DNA from: an uncultured Acidimicrobiaceae bacterium
GTDB lineage: Bacteria > Actinomycetota > Acidimicrobiia > Acidimicrobiales > CAIXPF01
Direction of reading: 5' to 3'
Assembly (NCBI GenBank): GCA_963775055.1
Contig: CAVZHK010000001.1
Location: 461,402-525,401 of the forward strand
DNA length: 64,000 nt
Shown here: positions 27,915 to 37,624 of the stretch, one piece after another
Numbering within the stretch: position 1 is the first letter of the stretch
How the letters are laid out: each line of letters starts with the position of its first letter
Notes under the pieces: model-generated
Database searches by the model: none
Told to the model about the DNA's origin: nothing
What the model saw: the letters and a program-made list of their open reading frames with translations, nothing else
Translations under genes and position numbers: made by a program

Positions 27915-29098
27915 ATGAGCCAGACCGCCACCGCAACCTTGGCCGACGCCCTCGATGCCATCCTTGCCGAGGCCGTTCGCAGCGGACAGGTCCCCGGCGT
28001 CGTGGCCACCGTGGGTGACCGCGACGGGGTGCTGTACGAGGGTGGGCACGGAGTCCGCAAGCTCGGCGAGGACAGCGCCATGACCCCCGACACGGTGGTG
28101 TGGATCGCCTCCATGACCAAGGCCATCACCAGCGCTGCGGCCATGCAGCTGGTGGAGCGAGGCCAGCTCAGCCTTGACGGTGACATCGGCGAGGTGCTGC
28201 CGTTCCTTGCGTCCCCGCAGGTGCTCGACGGCTGGAGCGCCGACGGCACCCCCAAGCTGCGCCCCGCCAACGGTCCGGTCACACTGCGCCACCTGCTGAC
28301 CCACACGTCGGGATTCGCCTACAACATGTGGAGCGCTGACTGCGGTCGGTACGAGGAGCACGTCGGCTCCCCCGGCGTCATCTCCTGCCAGAACGTAGCG
28401 ATTGAGCTGCCGTTGATGACCGATCCCGGCACCCGCTGGGAGTACGGCATCGGGATCGACTGGGCCGGCAAGGCGGTAGAGGCCGTCAGCGGCGTGAAAC
28501 TTGACCGATATCTGCAGGACAACTTCTTCACACCGTTGCAGATGCACGACACCGGGTTCTCGTTGGACGCTTCCCGGATGGCCCGCCTGGCCGCGGTGCA
28601 TGCCCGCACGCCGGACGGTTTGGCGCCCATCGAGTTCGGCTTGCCAGCGGAGCCCGAGTTCCACATGGGCGGCGGCGGGCTGCTGTCCACGGTCGGTGAC
28701 TATCTTCGGTTCCTGCGCATGATCCTGGGTGGCGGCACGCTCGATGGGGCCCGGGTGCTGTCCCCGACCACGGTGGAGCTCATGGGCCGGAACCACATCG
28801 GGGATCTGGAGATGGGCGTCATCGGGTTCGGTGCTGCCGGGGTTCACCAACGACGTGGATCTGTTCCCGGGCATCGTGAAGCGTTGGGGCCTGTCGTTCA
28901 TGATCAATGAGACCGACGCCCCCACCGGTCGCAAAGCCGGCAGCCTGGCCTGGGCCGGCCTCGCCAACAGCTACTACTCGGGTGGACCCCGCCAGCGGGG
29001 TGGCCGGGGTGCTGGCCACCCAGATCCTGCCGTTCGCCGATCAGGCTGTGCTCGACCTGCTGACAGCGTTCGAAACCGCGGTGTACGCCAACCGCTGA
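27915..29098 (+). pseudogene. serine hydrolase / class C beta-lactamase-family protein with two 1-nt frame breaks (about 28830 and about 28975)
   Basis: The SxxK motif is present (IASMTKAITSAA). After GDLEMGVIG the reading continues in a second frame (SVLPGFTNDVDLFPGIVKRWGLSFMINE ... AGLANSYY). It then continues in a third frame (WVDPASGVAGVLATQILPFADQAVLDLLTAFETAVYANR, stop at 29098). Confidence 0.8.
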
Positions 29099-29237
29099 GT
29101 CCCGCTGCGGGCCTCACCCCGGGGCTGTCGTCACCCGAGGCCGTCGTCACCCGGGCAGCCTTCGCACGGGCCATCACCCGGCCAGATTCACCCCGGCCGG
29201 ATTCAGCCCGACCCGCGTCGGAAGCGGCCTTGGGGCG

Positions 29238-30806
29238 TCAGCGATCGCCATATCCCTCTCGGACAAGAACCCGGCTGATGAAGTGATCTCCTGCGATGGC
29301 GATCGCGGGGGACGTGACGGCCGCCGGGTCACCGCTCGCCGAAGCAACCAGCATGGCGACGGTGGCGTCCTCGGCCAACACCATACGCAAAGGTATGTTT
29401 CTGGCGGAGGCCCCGAGGGCTGCGGCTCGAATTCGATCATGGGCAGCGACGGCGCCCAACGCCGGCGTGAGGGCGGCGGCCAACACCGGCGCTTCCAGCA
29501 GATCGGCGGTCGCACGCGCCCGGGCCGCCATGGCGTCACCGTCCACCTCGAGGTGATCGAGGGCGTCTCGCAACCACGCCACCGCTGACCCCGTGGCCCG
29601 CAGCGCGGCCACCATCGGCGACCACTCGGCATGCCACGCCCCCGCTGCCCGCTCATGCTCGTGGGCCATGGCCGCCAGCAACGTGGCCACACTGCCCGGT
29701 ACGGTCTGGGCCGCGGCACACGCTGAGATGGCGGCCACGGGATTTCGTTTGTGCGGCATTGAGGAAGACCCGCCGCGGCCCTCAACCGCATCGGATACCT
29801 CGGCCACCTCGCTCTGGGCCAACAACACCAGGTCGGTGGCGATCTTGGCCACCACCCCGGCAGTGACCCCCAGCGCTCCCGCCAATCGGCCGATGCGGCT
29901 GCGTTCGGTGTGCCACGCCATGGCCGGCGCCGCCAAACCAAGGCGACGGGCGAAGGCCTCCAGCAGCCCGGGGCCATGCTCGCCGTACATCGACAGCGTG
30001 CCCACCGGTCCGCCGAGCTGCGCCACGAACACGGCATCGGCCGCGCCGTTATCGTGCAGCGCGGCCAGCTGGCGGCGAGCAGCACCGAGCCCGCTCAACC
30101 ACCCCGCCGCCTTGAAGCCGAACGTGATCAGCTCGGCGTGCTGGCCGAGGGTGCGACCAACCATCACCGTGGAACGATGCTGCGACGTCAGCGCCGCACA
30201 ACGGGCCATGGTTTCGTTGAGATCGCTGTTGATGGCGGCCACGGCGTTGCGGCTGACCAGCATGGCCGCAGTGTCGATGATGTCCTGGCTGGTGGCCCCA
30301 CGATGCACAGCATCCCCCGCGCCCGACCCATCCCCGGCCCCCGCGGCACCTGCTCCCCCCGGTGCGACGGCACGCGCCGGCGCACCGCCCACCCCACCCC
30401 CGACGCCCGCCGCACCGACACCGTCCTCCCCACCAGCGCGGTCATCATCGCCAACGACACCGCCCTCCCCACCGGCGCAGTCGCCATCGCCGTTCACCCT
30501 TGGCCCGCCCCGATGGAGCGCGTTCACGGCGCTCACCAACCGGCGCACGAGAGGGATAACCGGGTTGCCGCCAGCGGCAGCGCCCAGGCCGATGTCCTCG
30601 ATGGCCTCAGGGCCAAGGGCCTCGGACCGGCAGCATCGAGCGATGGCCTCAGCCGCAGCGTGAGACATCAGCCCAACGTCCGCTGCGGCCCGAGCCAACG
30701 CCGACTCCGCGTCGAGCATGGCCTGCAGCCAGGCAGCATCAGTGGTGGCTTCGAAGGCCCCGCCACGCCACAACACCGAGCCGAACAGGCCCCGACCGTC
30801 CGTCAT
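29238..30806 (-). CDS. pcaB: 3-carboxy-cis,cis-muconate cycloisomerase with an unusual Gly/Ala/Asp-rich insertion
   Basis: This is a fumarate-lyase-family protein. It has GGNPVIPLV, HRGATSQDIIDTA, GRTLGQHAE and GSSSMPHKRNP. It lies directly downstream of pcaHG. The start is the ATG at 30806 (or 30818). The ORF-track start at 31088 overlaps pcaG. Confidence 0.8.
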   Translation of the reverse strand: MTDGRGLFGSVLWRGGAFEATTDAAWLQAMLDAESALARAAADVGLMSHAAAEAIARCCRSEALGPEAIEDIGLGAAAGGNPVIPLVRRLVSAVNALHRGGPRVNGDGDCAGGEGGVVGDDDRAGGEDGVGAAGVGGGVGGAPARAVAPGGAGAAGAGDGSGAGDAVHRGATSQDIIDTAAMLVSRNAVAAINSDLNETMARCAALTSQHRSTVMVGRTLGQHAELITFGFKAAGWLSGLGAARRQLAALHDNGAADAVFVAQLGGPVGTLSMYGEHGPGLLEAFARRLGLAAPAMAWHTERSRIGRLAGALGVTAGVVAKIATDLVLLAQSEVAEVSDAVEGRGGSSSMPHKRNPVAAISACAAAQTVPGSVATLLAAMAHEHERAAGAWHAEWSPMVAALRATGSAVAWLRDALDHLEVDGDAMAARARATADLLEAPVLAAALTPALGAVAAHDRIRAAALGASARNIPLRMVLAEDATVAMLVASASGDPAAVTSPAIAIAGDHFISRVLVREGYGDR

Positions 30807-30860
30807 CGACCCACCCATCCCCTTGTCGAGGGCAATGCGAAGGCACGAACAAAGCCCATG

Positions 30861-30981
30861 TGTGCAGTTTTGGACAGGGACTCTGGTGACGCCCCCAAAC
30901 TGTCGACAGAGCGCAAGCACTCCGCCACGGAACGTCGACAGTTTGACCCCGTCCGGTCGACCTCGTGTCCAAAACTGCACA
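30861..30981. repeat. nested perfect inverted repeats in the pcaG-pcaB intergenic gap (MITE/REP-like or structured RNA)
   Basis: The outer 16-bp arms are tgtgcagttttggaca at 30861-30876 and tgtccaaaactgcaca at 30966-30981. The inner 12-bp arms are caaactgtcgac at 30896-30907 and gtcgacagtttg at 30934-30945. Confidence 0.85.
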
Positions 30982-31023
30982 GATGAACCGGACGCGGCCG
31001 ACCCAGGCGGGTAATGGCAGCCA

Positions 31024-31569
31024 TCAGATGTCGAAAAAGACGGTCTCGGCGTTGCCCTGCAGGCGTATGGCGAGGTGGTAACCGTCATCGGCGGCGGTGG
31101 CCACCAGGGTGGCGCGTCGTTCGGCCGGGACCAGCGCCAGTACCGGATCGTGGGCGTTGGCCCGTTCCTCGTCGGCGAAGTACGCCCGGCTGATCACTCG
31201 ATCGAGCAAACCACGAGCGAAGATCGACAGCGCCAGGTGCGGCGCCTGCGGCCTGCCGCCGGCGCCGCGAACGGGACCTGGTTTGACGGTGTAGATGGCC
31301 CAGCGACCCTCCCCGTCCGTCGGGCAACGGCCGAAGCCCACCGACCCCGACTCGTCGAATGCGCCATCCGGTCCGGCCTGCCAACTCTCCACCAGCGCGT
31401 CCACCACCGGCGCGCCCTCGCCGTCACGCACCGTGCCCCGCAACCAGAACCCACCGGGCGTACCATCAGGTATGGCGAAGGCCAACGCCGGATCGGCCAA
31501 CACCAGGTGCAGGAACGGCCCCACCGTTTGGGACGGCGTCAGGCCCGGCAGCACCGCCGGATCAGCCAT
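31024..31569 (-). CDS. pcaG: protocatechuate 3,4-dioxygenase alpha subunit
   Basis: Translation from the ATG at 31569 reads MADPAVLPGLTPSQTVGPFLHL, and this start overlaps the pcaH stop. It ends with the typical ...HLALSIFARGLLDRVISRAYF. Confidence 0.85.
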   Translation of the reverse strand: MADPAVLPGLTPSQTVGPFLHLVLADPALAFAIPDGTPGGFWLRGTVRDGEGAPVVDALVESWQAGPDGAFDESGSVGFGRCPTDGEGRWAIYTVKPGPVRGAGGRPQAPHLALSIFARGLLDRVISRAYFADEERANAHDPVLALVPAERRATLVATAADDGYHLAIRLQGNAETVFFDI

Positions 31570-32272
31570 GCGCCGCCCCGCTCTCGAACGGCGTTGACCC
31601 GGTGCCGCGCAACACGACGTCCCAACGGAAGCCCAGCGCCCACTCCGGCTCGGACAAGCCGTGGTCATAGCTGGCCACCAACCGGGCCCGGGCGTGAGGG
31701 TCAGGAACCGAGTTGAAGATGGGGTCCTGGAAGAACAGTGGATCATCGGGAAAGTACATCTGGGTCACCAGACGCTGGGTGAAGCTCTGACCCAACAGCG
31801 AGAAGTGGATGTGGGCCGGACGCCAGGCGTTGTGATGATTGCCCCACGGGTAGGCCCCGGGTTTGACGGTGACGAAGCGATAGTTGCCAGCCGTATCGGT
31901 CATCACCCGTCCGGCACCGGTGAAGTTGGGGTCCAGCGCGCCGGGCCACTGGTCACGGGGATGGGCATAGCGGCCAGAAGCGTTGGCCTGCCAGATCTCC
32001 ACCAGCGTCTCCGGCAACGGGTCGCCGCCGCTGTCCAGCACCCGACCAGCCACCACAATGCGCTGGCCCACCGCCTCACCGCCCGGGCCCCGGGTGAGAT
32101 CGGCTTCGGCCGGCAAGCGCAGTTGAGGCCCGCTGGTTTCGCCAAGGCCGCCCTCAAGCCGGATCGGGGTCTGCTGGGGGGCACGCAACCCGGTGCTGCG
32201 GTACTCCGGCGAGTCCAGTGGTGGGTGGGTACCGGCGGGCGGGCGAAGGTAACGAGGCGGCGACTGGCTCAA
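31562..32272 (-). CDS. pcaH: protocatechuate 3,4-dioxygenase beta subunit
   Basis: The 236-aa ORF has IWQANASGRYAHPRD, TDTAGNYRFVTVKPGAYPW and RPAHIHFSL. Confidence 0.9.
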   Translation of the reverse strand: MSQSPPRYLRPPAGTHPPLDSPEYRSTGLRAPQQTPIRLEGGLGETSGPQLRLPAEADLTRGPGGEAVGQRIVVAGRVLDSGGDPLPETLVEIWQANASGRYAHPRDQWPGALDPNFTGAGRVMTDTAGNYRFVTVKPGAYPWGNHHNAWRPAHIHFSLLGQSFTQRLVTQMYFPDDPLFFQDPIFNSVPDPHARARLVASYDHGLSEPEWALGFRWDVVLRGTGSTPFESGAAHG

Positions 32273-32456
32273 GACGGTCTCCCCGAGTTAGCGCTTTGGC
32301 GAGGACCCGAAAGCGGTGACGGCTAGGTACTGCGTGCACGGTAGTCCCGGCGGGCTCATGAGGGGATTGGGCGGCGGTACCATCGTGAAGAACGTATGCG
32401 CCCGACGATGAAGTGGTCCGTCGGCGGCAAGCCCAACCGAATCAAGGGAGCACCGC

Positions 32457-32981
32457 ATGTCGAACTCAACAGGCAACGCCGCCGAAGGTCGGCCGGCGGT
32501 GCATCGGCTCAATCACGCCGTGCTGTTCATCACCGATCTTGATCGCGCGGTGCGGTTCTACACCGAGGTCCTCGGCATGAAGCTGGCCCACACGATGGGT
32601 GACAAGGCCGCGTTCCTGACCGCAGATGGCTCGGGCAACGATCATGACCTGGGGCTGTTCGTCATGGACGGCGCTGAACCCCGCAACCCCCGGGCGGTTG
32701 GCCTGTACCACCTGGCCTGGCAGGTCGACACCATCGATGAACTGGCCGTGCTGCAGGAAGATCTGGTCAGGGTCGGTTCGTTGGTGGGGTCTTCGGATCA
32801 TGGGCGCTCGTGTTCGCTGTACGCCTTGGACCCTGACGGCAATGAGTTCGAGGTGATGTGGGCCTCGCCCCAGTCCACCTGGCCCGACAGCACGCCCGGT
32901 GTGAAGCCGCTCGATTTGGACGGTGATGTGGGCCGTTTCGCCGGGGTGCCGACGTTGCACGAGATGGTCAGCGCCGGATGA
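32457..32981 (+). CDS. VOC (glyoxalase/bleomycin resistance/extradiol dioxygenase) family protein
   Basis: The 174-aa ORF has [24 protein letters not shown] and HLAWQV. Confidence 0.7.
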   Translation: MSNSTGNAAEGRPAVHRLNHAVLFITDLDRAVRFYTEVLGMKLAHTMGDKAAFLTADGSGNDHDLGLFVMDGAEPRNPRAVGLYHLAWQVDTIDELAVLQEDLVRVGSLVGSSDHGRSCSLYALDPDGNEFEVMWASPQSTWPDSTPGVKPLDLDGDVGRFAGVPTLHEMVSAG

Positions 32982-33015
32982 CGCCGCAACGCACCCGCTG
33001 AGCGATTCTGTCGCC

Positions 33016-33523
33016 ATGCATTTCGAACACGAGCCACCCCTCACCGTCGAACGTACCATTCGGTATGACGCGCTGATCGACACGACATTGGGCACCATGA
33101 CCGTGGCGCTTGATCCCTTCAGCGCGCTCCATGCGGTCAACAACTTTGTGTTCCTGGCCCGGGCCGACTATTACAACGGGCTCACGTTTCATCGCATCAT
33201 CAAGGGTTTCATGTGCCAGGCCGGTTGCCCCACCGGCGACGGCACCGGCGGTCCGGGCTACACCTTTGCCGATGAACTGCCCAAGCCCGGCCGGTACGAA
33301 CTGGGCTCCATTGCCATGGCCAACGCCGGGCCCAACACCAACGGCAGCCAATTCTTCATCGTCTCCGGGCCGCGGGTATGAAACTGCCACCGCAGTACAG
33401 CCTTTCGGCAAAGTGGTGCGGGGGCTCGAGGTGCTCGACGCGTTGCAGAACGTTCCCACCGCCGGCGACGCCCCCGTCGACCCGCCCATCATCAACGCCG
33501 TGACCATCACCGAGAAGACCTGA
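33016..33523 (+). pseudogene. peptidyl-prolyl cis-trans isomerase (cyclophilin type), frame break(s) near 33375
   Basis: Translation from the ATG at 33016 includes [30 protein letters not shown] and [19 protein letters not shown], then a premature stop at 33379-33381. The rest of the protein (FGKVVRGLEVLDALQNVPTAGDAPVDPPIINAVTITEKT) lies in the frame of ORF 33110..33523. Confidence 0.8.
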
Positions 33524-33551
33524 ACGCGGGTCCAGGTCGGGCAGCGATGGG

Positions 33552-34343
33552 TCAGCCAGTGGGTGCGGTGGGGAACAACCGGGCCTGCATCCTGCGCATC
33601 CCCACCAGCCAGCGTTCGATGTCGGACACCTTGCGTTCCATCCAGGTTTGGGCGATGGGGTCGGTGAGGACCAGGAATCGTTCCTCGGCGAAGGCGTCGA
33701 GCACCTGGCGGGCGACCTCGTCCGGCTGGCGGATGGGCCCGGCGGCGGTGCGGGCGAAGTCCGAGGCGGTGTCGAGCATGGGGGTGTTGACGCCGAGCGG
33801 GGCCAATAAGTGCACCCGGATGCCGCGGTCGTGGTAGCTGATGGACAGCCACTCGGCCAGGCCCACCACCGCGTGCTTGGTGGTGGCGTAGGTGCAGGTG
33901 CCGTGGCTGGTGAGGATGCCGGCCATGGAGGCGGTGTGCTGGATGACGCCGCTGCCACGCTCCAGCATGTGAGGTAACACGGCGCGCACCGCGTACACGT
34001 GGGCCATGACATTGACCTGCCACTGTTGATCCCAAATGGAGATTGGCGTGGCCAGGATGTCCCCATCGTTGGCGATGCCGGCGTTGTTGCACAGCACGTC
34101 GATGCGGCCAAATCGGGCCATCACAGCATCGACCATGGCGTTGACCGCGGCCTCGTCGCCCACGTCGCAACCGATGGCCACCGCCGTGGCGCCCAGCTCC
34201 CCCGCCACCGCCTCAGCCCCAGCGAGGTTGCGATCCACCACGGCCACCCCGGCGGCGCCTTGCTCGGCCAGTGCCCGACAGAGGGCGGCCCCGATACCGC
34301 TCCCGCCTCCGGTCACGATGCAGACCTTGTCGCTGTAATCCAC
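33552..34343 (-). CDS. SDR family oxidoreductase
   Basis: The 263-aa ORF has TGGGSGIGAA, NNAGI and YATTKHAV. Confidence 0.85.
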   Translation of the reverse strand: MDYSDKVCIVTGGGSGIGAALCRALAEQGAAGVAVVDRNLAGAEAVAGELGATAVAIGCDVGDEAAVNAMVDAVMARFGRIDVLCNNAGIANDGDILATPISIWDQQWQVNVMAHVYAVRAVLPHMLERGSGVIQHTASMAGILTSHGTCTYATTKHAVVGLAEWLSISYHDRGIRVHLLAPLGVNTPMLDTASDFARTAAGPIRQPDEVARQVLDAFAEERFLVLTDPIAQTWMERKVSDIERWLVGMRRMQARLFPTAPTG

Positions 34344-34440
34344 CGCTTCACTCCCCTGGTCGCTGCTGCTTGCGGCCGTTCACCGTCGAGCCGTGTCAGG
34401 TGTTCGGCGCGCCACCCTAGGTCCGACGATGGTTCGAGGG

Positions 34441-35634
34441 TCACCAGAGGCGGGCCAGCACTCCGTCCAGCACCAGCATCGCATGGTTGCTGGCCCGCAG
34501 GCGTTGGCCGTCGGTGATCAGCAGGCCCTCGTAACAAAGCTCGTCGATTCGCCCGATGAGCTCGGCCAACTCCGTGTCGAAAGGACCGCCGTCGGGGGGC
34601 GGCAGCTGCGACAGGTCAAGCCCGTCGGTCAGCCGCAGTCCGGTGAACACCATCTGACGGGCCCGATCCAGCCGATCCACTTGCTCAATCCGGCTGGTCG
34701 TCTCAGCGTCCGCAGCGGTGGCGTCGATGGCGGCGGCGTCGGTCGCCAGCCATCTGTCGAGGTTGGGGTTGCGGGCCAGTACCCAGCTCGCGGGCGCTGT
34801 CGCTGGCAGGTGCGAGGTGGCCGACGGACCCACGCCGAACCACAAGTGGTTGTGCCAATAGCCCAGGTTGTGACGGCACTGGTGACCAGGCCGGGCGTGG
34901 TTGGAGACCTCGTAGCGATGCAGGCCGGCGGCGCCCAGGATGTCCTCGGCGGCGAGCAGGGCCCGGCGTTGAGCCTCCTCGTCAACGATGACATTGCGAC
35001 GTTCGAAGGGCGTTCCGGGCTCGACGGTGAGGGTGTAGGCAGCCAGATGGTGGACCCCAGTGGCAGCGAGGGAGCGGAGGTCGGCTTCCACATCCTGGCC
35101 GGGCGCGACGGTGATCAGATCGGCGTTCACGCTCCAGCCGTCCACGGCCAGGACGGCGTCGAGGGCGGTCAGCCCCGTAGCGGCGTCGTAACCACGGCCG
35201 AGGGCGGTGAGCACGTGATCTTGGGTGGACTGCACGCCCACGCTGACGCGGTTGAAGCCCAGGTCACGCCAGCGAGGGGGGCGATCGGGGGTGATGTTGC
35301 GAGGGTGGGCCTCGAGGGTCCATTCAGCGTCGGCGGCCACAGCGAATCGATGTCGAATCGACGTGACCAGACGCTCAAGTTCGTCGTCGCTTAGGTGGCT
35401 GGGGGTACCACCGCCCAAGTAGACGGTGTCGAGCGGGCCGCTGTCAGGCCAGGCGTCGGCGGTGCTGGCCAACTCGTCATCCAGCCGTGCGAGGTAGGCC
35501 TCGACCAGGTCTTCTCGGCGGCGGAGGACGTGAAAGCTGCAAAACGGGCAGATGGTGGGGCAGAACGGGATGTGGACGTAGAGGTGTGACACCCGGTGGG
35601 GTGGCGTCTGGGCGGGGGTGCTCGACTCGGGCAC
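34441..35634 (-). CDS. hemW: radical SAM heme chaperone / oxygen-independent coproporphyrinogen oxidase-like
   Basis: The ORF has the radical-SAM cysteine motif in LYVHIPFCPTICPFCSF, plus GGGTPS. The start cannot be upstream of 35666 because tRNA-Arg lies there. Candidates are GTG at 35634 or GTG at 35592. Confidence 0.8.
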   Translation of the reverse strand: MPESSTPAQTPPHRVSHLYVHIPFCPTICPFCSFHVLRRREDLVEAYLARLDDELASTADAWPDSGPLDTVYLGGGTPSHLSDDELERLVTSIRHRFAVAADAEWTLEAHPRNITPDRPPRWRDLGFNRVSVGVQSTQDHVLTALGRGYDAATGLTALDAVLAVDGWSVNADLITVAPGQDVEADLRSLAATGVHHLAAYTLTVEPGTPFERRNVIVDEEAQRRALLAAEDILGAAGLHRYEVSNHARPGHQCRHNLGYWHNHLWFGVGPSATSHLPATAPASWVLARNPNLDRWLATDAAAIDATAADAETTSRIEQVDRLDRARQMVFTGLRLTDGLDLSQLPPPDGGPFDTELAELIGRIDELCYEGLLITDGQRLRASNHAMLVLDGVLARLW

Positions 35635-35666
35635 CGGACCCCCTTCAGGTCGAGGCGACTGTGGGG

Positions 35667-35739
35667 CGCCCCCGGCAGGGATCGAACCTGCGACCCTCGG
35701 ATTAGAAGTCCACCGCTCTGTCCACTGAGCTACGGGGGC
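35667..35739 (-). tRNA. tRNA-Arg (anticodon TCT)
   Basis: I folded it by hand as GCCCCCG-TA-GCTC-AGTGGAC-AGAGC-G-GTGGA-CTTCTAA-TCCGA-GGGTC-GCAGG-TTCGATC-CCTGC-CGGGGGC-G. It is 73 nt and CCA is not encoded. Confidence 0.9.
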
Positions 35740-35803
35740 GGGCGTCACCATCGATACCGCTTGGGCCGAGGCTGGTCCGGAGCCTATGCTAGGGCCTCCA
35801 CAT

Positions 35804-35882
35804 GGTGGTCGTAGCTCAGCCAGGTTAGAGCGCCAGGTTGTGGCCCTGGAGGTCGGGGGTTCAAGTCCCCTCGGTCACCCCA
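35804..35882 (+). tRNA. tRNA-His (anticodon GTG), with G-1 and encoded CCA
   Basis: An extra 5' G lies opposite the discriminator C. The fold has the D arm GCTC/GAGC, anticodon stem CCAGG/CCTGG with loop TTGTGGC, T arm GGGGG-TTCAAGT-CCCCT, and acceptor GTGGTCG/CGGTCAC. Confidence 0.9.
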
Positions 35883-35927
35883 TAAATGCGGTGGGCACGG
35901 CGAATGTGCCACGCTCACCGGCATCAC

Positions 35928-36002
35928 GCGCCTCTAGCTCAACGGCAGAGCAACGGACTCTTAATCCGCAGGTTCTCGGTTCGAATCCGAGGGGGCGCAC
36001 CA
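35928..36002 (+). tRNA. tRNA-Lys (anticodon CTT), encoded CCA; integration target
   Basis: It folds as GCGCCTC-TA-GCTC-AACGGCA-GAGC-A-ACGGA-CTCTTAA-TCCGC-AGGTT-CTCGG-TTCGAAT-CCGAG-GGGGCGC-A-CCA. Confidence 0.9.
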
Positions 36003-36022
36003 CAAACATGCAGGTCAGAGTC
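35955..36022 (+). repeat. att repeat copy 1 (3' 48 nt of tRNA-Lys plus 20 nt downstream)
   Basis: The 68 bp ggactcttaatccgcaggttctcggttcgaatccgagggggcgcaccacaaacatgcaggtcagagtc are identical to 50456-50523. Confidence 0.9.
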
Positions 36023-36109
36023 ACTTGATCCGCTCTCGCCGACCGGGGTCTCGGCGGCAATCTCACACGAATCTCACAAGGCTCTCAGATCGTGGCGTAC
36101 TGTGATGCC

Positions 36110-37204
36110 ATGAGAGGCAGCATTCGAGCCAAGAAGCCCGGGAGCTGGGAGCTTTCGTTCGACGCCGGCCGCGACCCCTTGACTGGGCGACGTCGGCAGC
36201 GGTCCTCCATGTTCCATGGCACTAAGCGCGACGCCGAGCGGGAGCTGCGACGGGTCGTGCGAGATGCCGAAGAGGGCCGTCTCGTCGGCGGCAGCGTGCT
36301 CGATGTCAGACCTGCTCGCCGGATGGCTCGATCTGTGCGCCGACAGCCTCTCACCCACCACCCTGCGCGAGTACCGGCGGCTGGTCGACAAACGCATCGT
36401 GCCTGCGATCGGGGCAGTGGCGGTCACCAAACTGACCACCCACGCCCTCGACGACTACTACCTGGCACTTTCCCGGGATGCCGGACTGTCCGCGGCGTCG
36501 GTCCGTCAGATCCATTCGATCATCCGCCGGGCGCCTCCGCCAAGCAGTGCGCTGGGGCTGGATCGAACACAACGTCGCGGTGAGCGCCACCAAACCACGG
36601 ATGGCCCGATCCACCATCAAGCCTCCCTCCATGGGTCGCGTCCACGAGCTGCTCACCGAATCCGACCGCTACCACCCCTCCTTCGGAGTCCTGGTCCGCG
36701 TAGCCATCGCAACCGGCATGCGACGCGGTGAACTCTGCGGCCTCCGGTGGTGCGACGTCGAGCTCTCACGACGACAACTCCACGTCACCCAAGCCGTCGT
36801 CGCCGTGCCCGACGGCACCGCCATCAAAGCACCCAAGTCCGGCGCGACACGGCGCCTCTCAATCGACCACCAGACCGCAACCATCCTCGAAGACCACCTG
36901 GTGGCGATCCAGCGACAGCGCTGGGCCGCCGGAAACGCCACTCTGAACGGCGACGGGTATGTGTTCAGCCACGCTCTCGACGGCTCACGACCGCTCCACC
37001 CCGACAACGTGACCGCAGCGTTCCGACGGCTACCTTCCAACAACGGCACCGTGCGGCTGCACGACCTACGGCACGCCCACGCCACGCAACTGCTCTCAAA
37101 TGGCGTCGACATCAGCGCCGTCCAGCAGCCGCCTCGGCCACGCGAACTCCTCGACCACACTCAACATCTACGCCCACGCCCTCGAGGAAACCGACGAGCG
37201 CTAG
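36110..37204 (+). pseudogene. tyrosine recombinase/integrase A, three 1-nt frame breaks (about 36300, about 36530, about 37127)
   Basis: The arm-binding N-terminus is MRGSIRAKKPGSWELSFDAGRDPLTGRRRQ. A second frame gives LSPTTLREYRRLVDKRIVPAIG. A third frame gives ATGMRRGELCGLRW and LHDLRHAHAT. A final frame gives RLGHANSSTTLNIYAHALEETDER, with the catalytic Tyr and a stop at 37204. Confidence 0.8.
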
Positions 37205-37624
37205 CCTCAGTCATCGGAGCGTTGCTAGGGCCAACCTGAACCGGCGACTGTCGGGTTATGAGCGATGGCGGGCGGTGGCGGACCTTGCTGGCCTGCACGA
37301 ACCACGGTTGTTCACCGTTCGCCGGCCCCCCTTCGCCGTGTGAGCCTACGGGGCGGTAGATGACCGATTGATGTCAGGCGTCGCTGAGGATCGCTCCCGA
37401 GCTTGGGTGATCGTCGTTCCCGGGTGGCTAGCGCCGTCGTTTCCGAGCGGGCCAACCGGGCCACTCCGCCGGCACCCGAGCGCGGCCGACCGGCCTTGCC
37501 GGGTGGTGATATCGAGCGGTCGTGCTGGACGACCGAGTGGGGCGGAGGGGGTGCGAACTCAAGCGCAACTAGCACCGGATCGAGACCACTTGCTAGAGAC
37601 TAGCGGGCTCGATTTCTCGCGTAT

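Noticed and set aside
30807-31088. The upstream extension of the pcaB ORF to 31088.
   Set aside because: It would read through the inverted-repeat element and overlap pcaG. The conserved PcaB N-terminus begins at MTDGRGLFGSVLW (30806).
35635-35751. The N-terminal extension of the hemW ORF (MVTPAPVAQWTERWTSNPRVAGSIPAGG...).
   Set aside because: This stretch is the antisense translation of tRNA-Arg(TCT) at 35667-35739. The AQW.ER..SN..VAGSIPAGG pattern is a classic tRNA-overlap artefact, so the gene must start downstream of the tRNA.
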